The notes under the pieces were generated by a model. It ran no database searches, was not told the DNA's origin, and saw nothing but the letters and a program-made list of their open reading frames with translations. From Verrucomicrobiota bacterium (GTDB lineage: Bacteria > Verrucomicrobiota > Verrucomicrobiia > Limisphaerales > AAA164-E04), in the NCBI GenBank assembly GCA_029247315.1, contig JAQWLM010000002.1:201785-265784 (forward strand): a stretch of 64,000 nucleotides of DNA, read 5' to 3'. Shown piece by piece: positions 56,403 to 64,000 of this stretch; within the stretch, counting starts at the first letter, position 1, and each line of letters begins with the position of its first letter. A program made the position numbers and the translations under genes.

Positions 56403-57848
56403 ATGAAGATCAAAGCTCATCGAATGAAAGGGAACACATACCTCAAAGACTTGTCTCACATGTGCCTTTGGATGGCCTCAGCTCTATCAGCAGGCCTCCT
56501 GGCAACAAAATCCGTCGAGGCTACCCCATCCACCACCCCCCTCCATTTGCTGTTTGTTATGGCAGATGACTGCACCTACAGCGACCTGGAAGTCTATGGT
56601 GGTCAGGCGAGAACACCCCACCTGAAACAACTGGCCAAGGAGGGGATGCAGTTCTCAAGCTGTTTCCAGGCCGCCCCGATGTGCTCCCCAACGCGTCACT
56701 GCCTGTATACCGGGCTGTATCCGGTCAAGTCAGGCGCACACCCGAACCATACCTTTGTGAAGGAAGGCACCCAGAGCATCGCCCACTACCTCAAGAAAGC
56801 AGGGTATCGTGTCGCGCTGAGCGGGAAGACCCACATTAACCCGCGTGGGGCCTTTCCCTTCGAGTTTTCCAGCGCCCAGGGCAAGGAAGGCGGGGGCGGG
56901 AATCCGGATATGGATACCGTCGATGCGCTCTTTGCCCATGCCGCACGCACAAACCAGCCCGTGGCCATGTTCGCCTGTTCCAACGAACCTCATACTCCTT
57001 ACACGCGGGGCGATCCAAGCATCTATCCTCCAGAAGACATCGTATTGCCACCCCATTACGTGGACACACCGCAAACGCGGAGCGCGTTCTCGAAATATCT
57101 GGCCGAAATCAGCTACTTTGACAAACAGGTCGGCCAATGCCTTTCCCTGCTCAAGAAGCACGGTCTCGAAGACAAGACGCTCGTGATGGTACTCAGCGAA
57201 CAGGGTAACGCCTTTCCGTTCGCCAAATGGACGTGTTACGACAAGGGGCTTCAGAGCGGGATGATCGTACGCTGGCCGGAAAAGGTTGCAGCAGGCAGTC
57301 ACACAGATGCGATCGTTGAGTATGTGGACGTAGTTCCAACGTTCATGCAGGCCGCCGGGCTGACGCTACCCAACGTGCTGGAAGGTCGATCCTTCGTCCC
57401 GGTGTTGCTGGGATGGACCCAACGCCACAAACAGTACAGTTTTGGCCTGCAGACCACGCGCGGCATCAACCATGGTTCGGACCATTACGGCATTCGCAGT
57501 GTGCGTTCAAGCCGTTACCGCTACATTCGCAACCTGACCCCGGAGGTAACGTTTCAGAACACGATGATGCGCAGCGACTGGTGGCAATCCTGGCAAAAAG
57601 CAGCTGAGAACGGATCCAACCATGCCCACATTTCAGTACAACGTTTTCAACAGCGACCAGGCGAAGAACTCTATGATGCCATGCGTGATCCATGGAACCT
57701 GAGGAATCTCGCCGAACACCCCGAATACCAAGAAATAAAGATCACGATGTCCAAGGCACTTGAGGCTTGGATGGCGGACCAGGGTGACCAGGGGCAGGAC
57801 ACCGAAATGGAGGCCCTGGAGCGGCAGTGGAAAAACAGAGCACGCTGA
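56403..57848 (+). CDS. secreted Cys-type (formylglycine) sulfatase
   Basis: 481 aa. Signal region, LLFVMADDCTYSDLEVYGG, CxPxR motif MCSPTRHCLYTGLYP, GKTHINP. Confidence 0.9.
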   Translation: MKIKAHRMKGNTYLKDLSHMCLWMASALSAGLLATKSVEATPSTTPLHLLFVMADDCTYSDLEVYGGQARTPHLKQLAKEGMQFSSCFQAAPMCSPTRHCLYTGLYPVKSGAHPNHTFVKEGTQSIAHYLKKAGYRVALSGKTHINPRGAFPFEFSSAQGKEGGGGNPDMDTVDALFAHAARTNQPVAMFACSNEPHTPYTRGDPSIYPPEDIVLPPHYVDTPQTRSAFSKYLAEISYFDKQVGQCLSLLKKHGLEDKTLVMVLSEQGNAFPFAKWTCYDKGLQSGMIVRWPEKVAAGSHTDAIVEYVDVVPTFMQAAGLTLPNVLEGRSFVPVLLGWTQRHKQYSFGLQTTRGINHGSDHYGIRSVRSSRYRYIRNLTPEVTFQNTMMRSDWWQSWQKAAENGSNHAHISVQRFQQRPGEELYDAMRDPWNLRNLAEHPEYQEIKITMSKALEAWMADQGDQGQDTEMEALERQWKNRAR

Positions 57849-57897
57849 GACTTCCGCTCTGCCGAGTCGCTGGAAACAATCGACGCACTGGATGGTC

Positions 57898-60123
57898 TCA
57901 GTGAAGATTCACCGGGTCGATATCCACCTGAGCCTGAACCCCATCAGGCAGAGAGAGGGTTTCCAGAATCACGTTGAGTTGACGGCTGAGCAGCGGCATC
58001 CGTGCCGTTTTTATCATGATCTGGTAGCGATAATGGTTTTCCGCCTTTTCCAGGGGAGCCGGCGCGGGTCCTGCAAGCGTCAAGTCACTGATCGCGACCT
58101 TTGCCTCAATAGTCGCCTTCAGGTGCCCACCACTGAGCTGAACCTTCTGCTCGTTTTTGCCCTTGAGCGTGATCATCGCCATCCTGGTCACCGGCGGATA
58201 CCCGGTTTCCTTGCGAAAGGCCATCTCCTGTTCATAGAAACCTTGAAAATCATGTCGACGCGCATACTGAATGGAGGGGTGGAAGGGCGTGAATGACTGC
58301 ACATACACGTCTCCTTCCACATCGCCTCGCCCAGCCCTCCCTGCGACCTGGGTCAGAAGCTGAAAGGTCCTCTCACCCGCGCGGAAGTCAGGCATGTGCA
58401 GGCTTAAGTCGGCATAAATGATCCCCACCAGCGTGACATTTGGAAAATGAAGGCCCTTGGCAATCATTTGGGTCCCAATCAGGATATCAATTTTTCCTAT
58501 ACGGAATTCCGTGAGGATACGTTTGTAATCCTCCTTTTTTTTCAAAGCATCCGAATCCATGCGCTGAATGCCAGCCTTGGGAAAAAGCGTCTTGAGTGTG
58601 GCCTCGACTCTCTCTGTGCCAATACCCGCGAAACGGATTTCAGGGCTTCGACAGGTTTCAACCGGACAGTGCTTGAGAGCCCGATTGGCATGCCCACAGA
58701 TATGACATCGCAGCATTTGTTCACCACGGTGGTAAGTCAGGGAGATACTGCAGTTGGGACATCCACACACGTGCCCGCATTGCGGACACTGCATGGAAGA
58801 AGCATACCCTCGCCGATTGAGAAACAACATGGTTTGTTCACCGGATTCCAAACGCTGCTCGATGGCCTCCTTGAGTTGCTGGGAAAGGATCGGGATCCCC
58901 TTGGCCTTGCGTCCCTCACTGCGCATGTCCACCACGCGCACCCACGGCATAGTCTTGTGATCGGCTCGCGTAGGCATCTCGAGGAGTCGATACTTCCCTT
59001 TGCACGTGTTATGATATGTCTCGAGGGAAGGCGTTGCGGAGCCCAGCACAACCACAGCCTGCTCACGCTGCGCCCGCACCACCGCGACATCCCGAGCATG
59101 ATAGCGCGGCGACTCTTCCTGCTTGTAGGAATGTTCATGTTCCTCGTCCACGATGATCAGCCCCAGCGGTTCCACCGGTGCGAACACCGCACTGCGAGCA
59201 CCGATGGCAATGCGCGCTCGTCCTGCTCGAATCTTGTGCCATTCGTCATGCCTCTCTCCCTCGGAAAGATGGCTGTGCAAAACCGCAACAAGCGTCTGGT
59301 GGGTGCCACTGGAAAACCGTGCCTTGAATCGTTCCACTGTCTGCGGGGTCAATGCAATTTCCGGTACAAGCACGATAGCCCCCTTGCCCTGCTCGAGTGC
59401 ATGCTCAATGGCCTGCAGATAAACCTCTGTCTTGCCGCTTCCTGTCACACCATGGAGTAGGAAAACCGAGGATTGGACGTCTCCCTGTGTTGTGTCCATC
59501 GCACCCAAAATGGCGTCCATGGCCTTGGCCTGGTCCGCCCCCAGTTCCAAGGCCTGGGTGGGGACAATATGCTCGTCGGCGTATGGATCCCGCTCGATGA
59601 CTTCCCGAGTGATGAGGGCCATACCTGCATCCTCCAGCTTTTGCACCGTCTGCTTGGTGGAGCCCGTCATCTTGAGAAACTCCTGCAAGGGAAGTTCCTT
59701 CCACTCCTTCAGGATAGATGCAAGCTCTTGCTGACGCTTGGTGAGCGTGGTTTCCTTTCCACCTGCATCAATGGAGCGGATGAAAAGCTGCTTCTTCCAG
59801 CCTTCCTTTTCCTTCCTGACGGCTACCGGCAACACGCTTTTCAGGGCCGTTTCAACAGGACAACAGTAATAACCGGCCATCCAACGCGCCAACTCGATAA
59901 CTTTGGAAGTCACGAGGCTTCCCTTGCCAACCACTCCAAGGATCGCCTTCAGTTTGGCATGCCCTGAGACTCCAGGCAAACCAGTCACCACTCCCATCAA
60001 TGTGCGGGATCCAAAAGGAATCTTGACGCGGGAGCCAATCTCAACACGCTCCTGAAACTCGCGTGGCACAAGGTAGTCAAACTCCTTGCGAAGGGCTATT
60101 TCCAGGGTGACACGCGCGATCAT
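57898..60123 (-). CDS. priA: primosomal protein N' (replication restart helicase PriA)
   Basis: 741 aa. Walker A HGVTGSGKTEVY, DEEHEHSYKQ, Cys-rich Zn region CPQCGHVCGCPNCSISLTYH...CHICGH, QVAGRAGRG. Confidence 0.9.
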   Translation of the reverse strand: MIARVTLEIALRKEFDYLVPREFQERVEIGSRVKIPFGSRTLMGVVTGLPGVSGHAKLKAILGVVGKGSLVTSKVIELARWMAGYYCCPVETALKSVLPVAVRKEKEGWKKQLFIRSIDAGGKETTLTKRQQELASILKEWKELPLQEFLKMTGSTKQTVQKLEDAGMALITREVIERDPYADEHIVPTQALELGADQAKAMDAILGAMDTTQGDVQSSVFLLHGVTGSGKTEVYLQAIEHALEQGKGAIVLVPEIALTPQTVERFKARFSSGTHQTLVAVLHSHLSEGERHDEWHKIRAGRARIAIGARSAVFAPVEPLGLIIVDEEHEHSYKQEESPRYHARDVAVVRAQREQAVVVLGSATPSLETYHNTCKGKYRLLEMPTRADHKTMPWVRVVDMRSEGRKAKGIPILSQQLKEAIEQRLESGEQTMLFLNRRGYASSMQCPQCGHVCGCPNCSISLTYHRGEQMLRCHICGHANRALKHCPVETCRSPEIRFAGIGTERVEATLKTLFPKAGIQRMDSDALKKKEDYKRILTEFRIGKIDILIGTQMIAKGLHFPNVTLVGIIYADLSLHMPDFRAGERTFQLLTQVAGRAGRGDVEGDVYVQSFTPFHPSIQYARRHDFQGFYEQEMAFRKETGYPPVTRMAMITLKGKNEQKVQLSGGHLKATIEAKVAISDLTLAGPAPAPLEKAENHYRYQIMIKTARMPLLSRQLNVILETLSLPDGVQAQVDIDPVNLH

Positions 60124-60480
60124 GACAATGTTGTATCAGTCCATTCCAGGATGCCAAGCCGGTAGAATACCCCAGACAGACATGCTTCCCTGAAGCAATT
60201 CCAGTGATCCAGGCTCCCCTCTTACTAGAAAAAGTATCAGAAAACGCACACGCAAACCGCATTGCTTCCTCTGATTTATTGTGGGTTACTGGTGCGCAAG
60301 GCGAAGGTGACACAGGACCCTTGAGGCCCAAGAGCGCGTTACCGAGGCGAAAAACCACTCGGTTTGAGATCGTATGCCGGCGAATATGAACTTTTTTCAT
60401 GCTTCCACACTTGTCTACTTGACCTTTTGCCGAAAGTTTGCAGACTACGCTGCCCTGCCGTTGGGGTTTGTCTCGTTCGT

Positions 60481-62310
60481 ATGAAGCAACATATTCGTAA
60501 TATCGCCATCATCGCCCATGTCGACCATGGGAAAACCACCTTGGTGGATTGTCTCCTGAGACAATCTGGACTGTTCCGTGAAAATCAGGTCTTGGAGGAA
60601 CGCATGATGGACAATATGGACCTTGAAAGGGAAAAGGGCATCACCATCAAGGCCAAGAACGCCTCCTACCGCTATGACGACTGCCACGTCAATATTGTGG
60701 ACACGCCGGGCCACGCGGATTTCGGGGGCGAAGTTGAGCGTATCATGAACATGATCGACGGCGTCATCCTGGTGGTTGATTCCGTGGAGGGTCCCCAGGC
60801 TCAAACCCGCTTTGTGCTCAAAAAAGCATTGGAATGCGGGGCCAGATCCATCGTGGTTATCAACAAGATCGATCGCGAAAATGCGGCACCTGAAGCGGTG
60901 CTCGACAAGGTCTTCGACCTTTTCCTGACGCTACAGGCAAGCGACGAACAACTTAACTTCCCGGTGGTGTATGCCAGCGCCAAGGAAGGCATTGCGATGA
61001 ATAGTCCCAAGGAAAAGGGGACGGACATGAAGCCTCTTTTTGAGGCCATCGTAAAACATATCCCACCTCCTCGCATCCAGCAGTCAGACACGTTCAAGCT
61101 CCTGATTGCCAATCTGGACTATTCCGATTACCTGGGAAGGATCGCCTTCGGAAAAATTGTTTCGGGGAGTATCAAGCTTGGAACCAAAGTATATCGTATC
61201 CAGGGTGACGGAACCCAGAGTACGGGTAAGGCAAGTGCGATTTTCCATTTCGACGGCATGAAACGCATCCAGGTCGAAAGCGCCACTGCCGGAGATATCA
61301 TCGGCTTGACGGGATTCGAACATGTGGAAATTGGCGAAACCATCACGGATAGCGATGAAGCCGAGCCTTTGCCTTTTGTTCCGGTGGATCCGCCCACCAT
61401 CTGCATGCAGTTCGCGGTCAACGATGGCCCCTTTGCAGGTAAGGATGGCAAACTGGTGACCGCCCGCCATATTCGAGAACGCCTGATCCGCGAGACACGC
61501 ACCAATATCTCACTGCGCGTCAATGAAACAGATGCTCCCAACATTTTTGACGTCACCGCCCGTGGGGAAATGCAGATCTCCGTTCTGGTGGAACAAATGC
61601 GTCGTGAAGGATACGAGGTATTGGTCTCACGTCCGGAAGTCATTTATCACAGGTCGGAAGATGGCAAACTGCAAGAGCCCATCGAGAAACTTTTCCTGGA
61701 GACACCCCAGGAAAACATGGGACCTGTCCTTGAAAGCCTTGCAAACCGTAAGGGGGACATTCAGAACATGGAGCATCGCGCGGATACCATCCTGATCGAG
61801 GCCTTGATTCCCATGAGGGGACTGATCGGCTTTGAATCCGATCTGGTCAACATTACTCGGGGCATGGGAATTCTGAGCCATTTGTTTCACGCCTACGGCG
61901 AGGAACGTGGCGAGATCCTGACCCGAAAGACAGGCTCGCTGATCAGCACAGAGAATGGTGAATCCACCGCATACGCCCTTGACCAGGCACAGCAACGGGG
62001 AAAACTCCTGATCGGCCCGGGTGAAAAAATCTATGCCGGGATGGTCATCGGAGAAAACGCACGCGACCAGGATTTACCCGTCAATCCATGCCGCATCAAA
62101 AAATTGACTAATTTTCGTTCATCTGGAGACGGCAAGGGCATTCAACTGGAACCTCCGATGCTGCTCAGTCTGGAAAAAGCCATTGAATTCATTGGCCACG
62201 ATGAGTACGTCGAGGCGACACCACAGCACCTGCGCCTGCGTAAGAAAATCCTTTGCGAACACGCCCGCAAGCGCGCCGAGCAAACCCGCCAGGTCAAGGT
62301 CATGTCCTGA
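60481..62310 (+). CDS. typA: translational GTPase TypA/BipA
   Basis: MKQHIRNIAIIAHVDHGKTTLVD, DTPGHADFGGEV, INKIDR. Full BipA domain order. ATG 60481 is preferred over the upstream start at 60364. Confidence 0.95.
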   Translation: MKQHIRNIAIIAHVDHGKTTLVDCLLRQSGLFRENQVLEERMMDNMDLEREKGITIKAKNASYRYDDCHVNIVDTPGHADFGGEVERIMNMIDGVILVVDSVEGPQAQTRFVLKKALECGARSIVVINKIDRENAAPEAVLDKVFDLFLTLQASDEQLNFPVVYASAKEGIAMNSPKEKGTDMKPLFEAIVKHIPPPRIQQSDTFKLLIANLDYSDYLGRIAFGKIVSGSIKLGTKVYRIQGDGTQSTGKASAIFHFDGMKRIQVESATAGDIIGLTGFEHVEIGETITDSDEAEPLPFVPVDPPTICMQFAVNDGPFAGKDGKLVTARHIRERLIRETRTNISLRVNETDAPNIFDVTARGEMQISVLVEQMRREGYEVLVSRPEVIYHRSEDGKLQEPIEKLFLETPQENMGPVLESLANRKGDIQNMEHRADTILIEALIPMRGLIGFESDLVNITRGMGILSHLFHAYGEERGEILTRKTGSLISTENGESTAYALDQAQQRGKLLIGPGEKIYAGMVIGENARDQDLPVNPCRIKKLTNFRSSGDGKGIQLEPPMLLSLEKAIEFIGHDEYVEATPQHLRLRKKILCEHARKRAEQTRQVKVMS

Positions 62311-62388
62311 CTGGATCGCACACAGGAAACTCCCCTGCTCCATCTCGACATGCCAGGAGTAGATGTCCTTGGAAAATGCCACACGGCC

Positions 62389-64000
62389 TCATTCCACTGG
62401 GTCAACTGCTGGGGACGTCACCTTGAGAAGATACTCTCCGCCTCGATTTTGGCGCATCGAGGTAGCACGTAATATGTATGCCTGTTTGGGTTCCAAGGCA
62501 TATTCCAGGGTGGAGCTGTATGGTGACTCCGTTGCAACCGGAAGCGTCCATGCCAGGATTTCCTGCAATGGGGCTTTCATGACATATACCTCTGGCAAAA
62601 AGGAATCACTGCGGATATCGACCCGAATCTTTCTGCCATCCTCACTTGCCTCAATCCAATAATCCTGAAAAGAGTACCTCTGATCATATACCACGTAGTT
62701 AGGATCCAGTGTTCCCCTGACAAGGTCTCCTTCAAGCAAATCCCCCATCTGGAGTATGGGAATGATCTCGGTCTTCGAGGTGATACGGTAAGCACCCGTT
62801 CCCTGACCGAAAAACGAAGTGGCCCAGATATGCGCTCCTACCCCATTCGGGGAGGTGAAGAAATCAAGTTGTGACTTGCTGACTCCAGCACTCATCGCTC
62901 CAAAATCATCGTTCTCAGCCAGGATCTGTCCTGTTTCCGGGTTCGCGAGGAATAACATGGTATCGATTTCAAAGGCATTGCGCTCGCTCATCTCCACCTG
63001 CCAGCGCATGGGATGTTCTGTAGCACCTGCGAGGTATACATCCCCCAGGAACTGATTCGGCAGGGTATCATCACCAACCTCGATTTTGGCAGACACATCG
63101 ACACCCCCTTCCAGGTCGAGGACCTTGGGTTCATAGATGGGAAGTGGCACTCCTTCCACAAGGCGCAACCGGTAGGTGCCCAGGGTTTCTCCAAAGGTAT
63201 TGGATGAAGCACTCGCCAGAACCAGCAGGTCGACACCAGCTGTTGCTCCGGCCAGGTTATATTGAATCAATGCGTTGGGTTCCATGAAATCTCCCTGACT
63301 TTCGTCCAGAACAATCCCTGTCTCAGGATCCAGAAGACGCAGATGGGGGTTGAATTTTGAGGCTTCCATGGTGAGGGTCACCATGCCGGTTGTCGCGGGC
63401 GCCTCGATGAAATACAGATCGCCTTGAGCCACGGTGGTCACATTCACCTGAATCAAGTCATCCCCCTTGCTTAATTTCCCGGACCATGCTTCATCCAGCA
63501 CCAAGGGACTTGCCGTAGCCTCGAGGATCGGCACGGTTGGGGCCTTCTGCACACTAAGCACGTAAGTTCCCCGTTCACCGCCCATGGATGAAGTTGCCAC
63601 GGCATACAACTTTTCCACACCCCAAAAGCCCTCGGTGGCAGGTGCAATGAACGCGACTTGTGCGTCGAGTTCCGAGTCAAAATCATCATTGTAAACCAAG
63701 GGAAAGGGAGGATCTCCCAGCCCGTATTGTGCGCCATCAATGACCTCCAGTTTGGCATCGAACTCAGGCGATTCCAACCGGATGATGAGGGGGTCGCCCG
63801 TGTTCCATCCCTGGATCTCGAACACGTCAGCGACCCTGTCCGGAACGGGTTCAAAATCCATGAACGAAATATATCTGGAGTCTTCATCTTCAAGGACGCC
63901 ATCACCCACCTTGGAACCCACCTCCAGAAAATCGATGGAGCCCCCGTCCTGAGGAGGTGCCTCACTGGCCTCAATGCTCAGGGTATAGCTCCCCGTGCCA
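62389..64000 (-). CDS. large secreted protein built of tandem pre-peptidase C-terminal (PPC)-like beta-sandwich modules (5' partial)
   Basis: The frame stays open to the window edge (upstream reads ...GSYTLSIEASEAPPQDGGSIDFLEV). At least 5 modules of ~110-130 aa each end in G-x-Y-x-L/I-x-V/L (GSYTLSI, GTYVLSV, GTYRLRL, GAYRITS, GEYLLKV), with DD-containing loops (VYNDDFD, LAENDDFG). Confidence 0.6.
   Translation of the reverse strand, partial: GTGSYTLSIEASEAPPQDGGSIDFLEVGSKVGDGVLEDEDSRYISFMDFEPVPDRVADVFEIQGWNTGDPLIIRLESPEFDAKLEVIDGAQYGLGDPPFPLVYNDDFDSELDAQVAFIAPATEGFWGVEKLYAVATSSMGGERGTYVLSVQKAPTVPILEATASPLVLDEAWSGKLSKGDDLIQVNVTTVAQGDLYFIEAPATTGMVTLTMEASKFNPHLRLLDPETGIVLDESQGDFMEPNALIQYNLAGATAGVDLLVLASASSNTFGETLGTYRLRLVEGVPLPIYEPKVLDLEGGVDVSAKIEVGDDTLPNQFLGDVYLAGATEHPMRWQVEMSERNAFEIDTMLFLANPETGQILAENDDFGAMSAGVSKSQLDFFTSPNGVGAHIWATSFFGQGTGAYRITSKTEIIPILQMGDLLEGDLVRGTLDPNYVVYDQRYSFQDYWIEASEDGRKIRVDIRSDSFLPEVYVMKAPLQEILAWTLPVATESPYSSTLEYALEPKQAYILRATSMRQNRGGEYLLKVTSPAVDPVE

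Noticed and set aside
1-64000. Search for CRISPR arrays, tRNA/rRNA genes, IS elements, integrases, phage genes, toxin-antitoxin pairs or known defence-system hallmarks.
   Set aside because: I recognised none by eye: no regularly spaced direct repeats, no GGTTCGAATCC-type T-arm motifs in intergenic regions, and no transposase, integrase or nuclease-NTPase defence-like ORFs. Absence should be confirmed with tRNAscan-SE, Infernal, ISfinder and DefenseFinder.

Overview
This is a densely coding chromosomal window with about 48 protein genes. I recognised no rRNA, tRNA, CRISPR array, transposase or integrase. It most likely comes from a PVC-superphylum bacterium, probably Verrucomicrobiota. That inference rests on a DUF1559/prepilin-type protein, a PVC-type membrane-bound-dehydrogenase/HEAT/cytochrome c protein, a secreted Cys-type sulfatase, and EF-hand and CotH proteins. 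G+C looks low-to-mid 50s percent by eye (not computed). Housekeeping anchors are lipA, hrpB, rpsU, glnS, mtnP, a uvrA-family gene, ndk, nagB, priA and typA. The accessory content is more interesting. (1) A co-directional minus-strand membrane cluster (30.1-41.7 kb) holds an ABC-2 permease with an embedded EF-hand loop, three consecutive SPFH/band-7 paralogues (one fused to a polytopic membrane domain), a P1B metal ATPase, and a second ABC module with an orphan 518-aa partner. It sits next to a TM-domain/pentahaem/TPR fusion protein. This cluster is my best candidate for an undescribed system. (2) A translationally coupled trio (2.5-5.6 kb) combines an XRE-HTH protein with an orphan ~350-aa domain, a glucuronokinase-type GHMP kinase and GalU. 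(3) An extracytoplasmic trio (51.1-55.3 kb) combines a 750-aa doubly anchored orphan protein, a YtkA-like lipoprotein and a di-haem MauG/CCP-family lipoprotein, plus a possible ankyrin remnant. (4) An AraC-linked PhyH dioxygenase is coupled to a PhoD-like metallophosphoesterase behind a 700-nt non-coding gap. (5) A perfect 26-bp-stem hairpin lies between the divergent rpsU and glnS genes. All functional calls come from motif recognition by eye. No database search was run.
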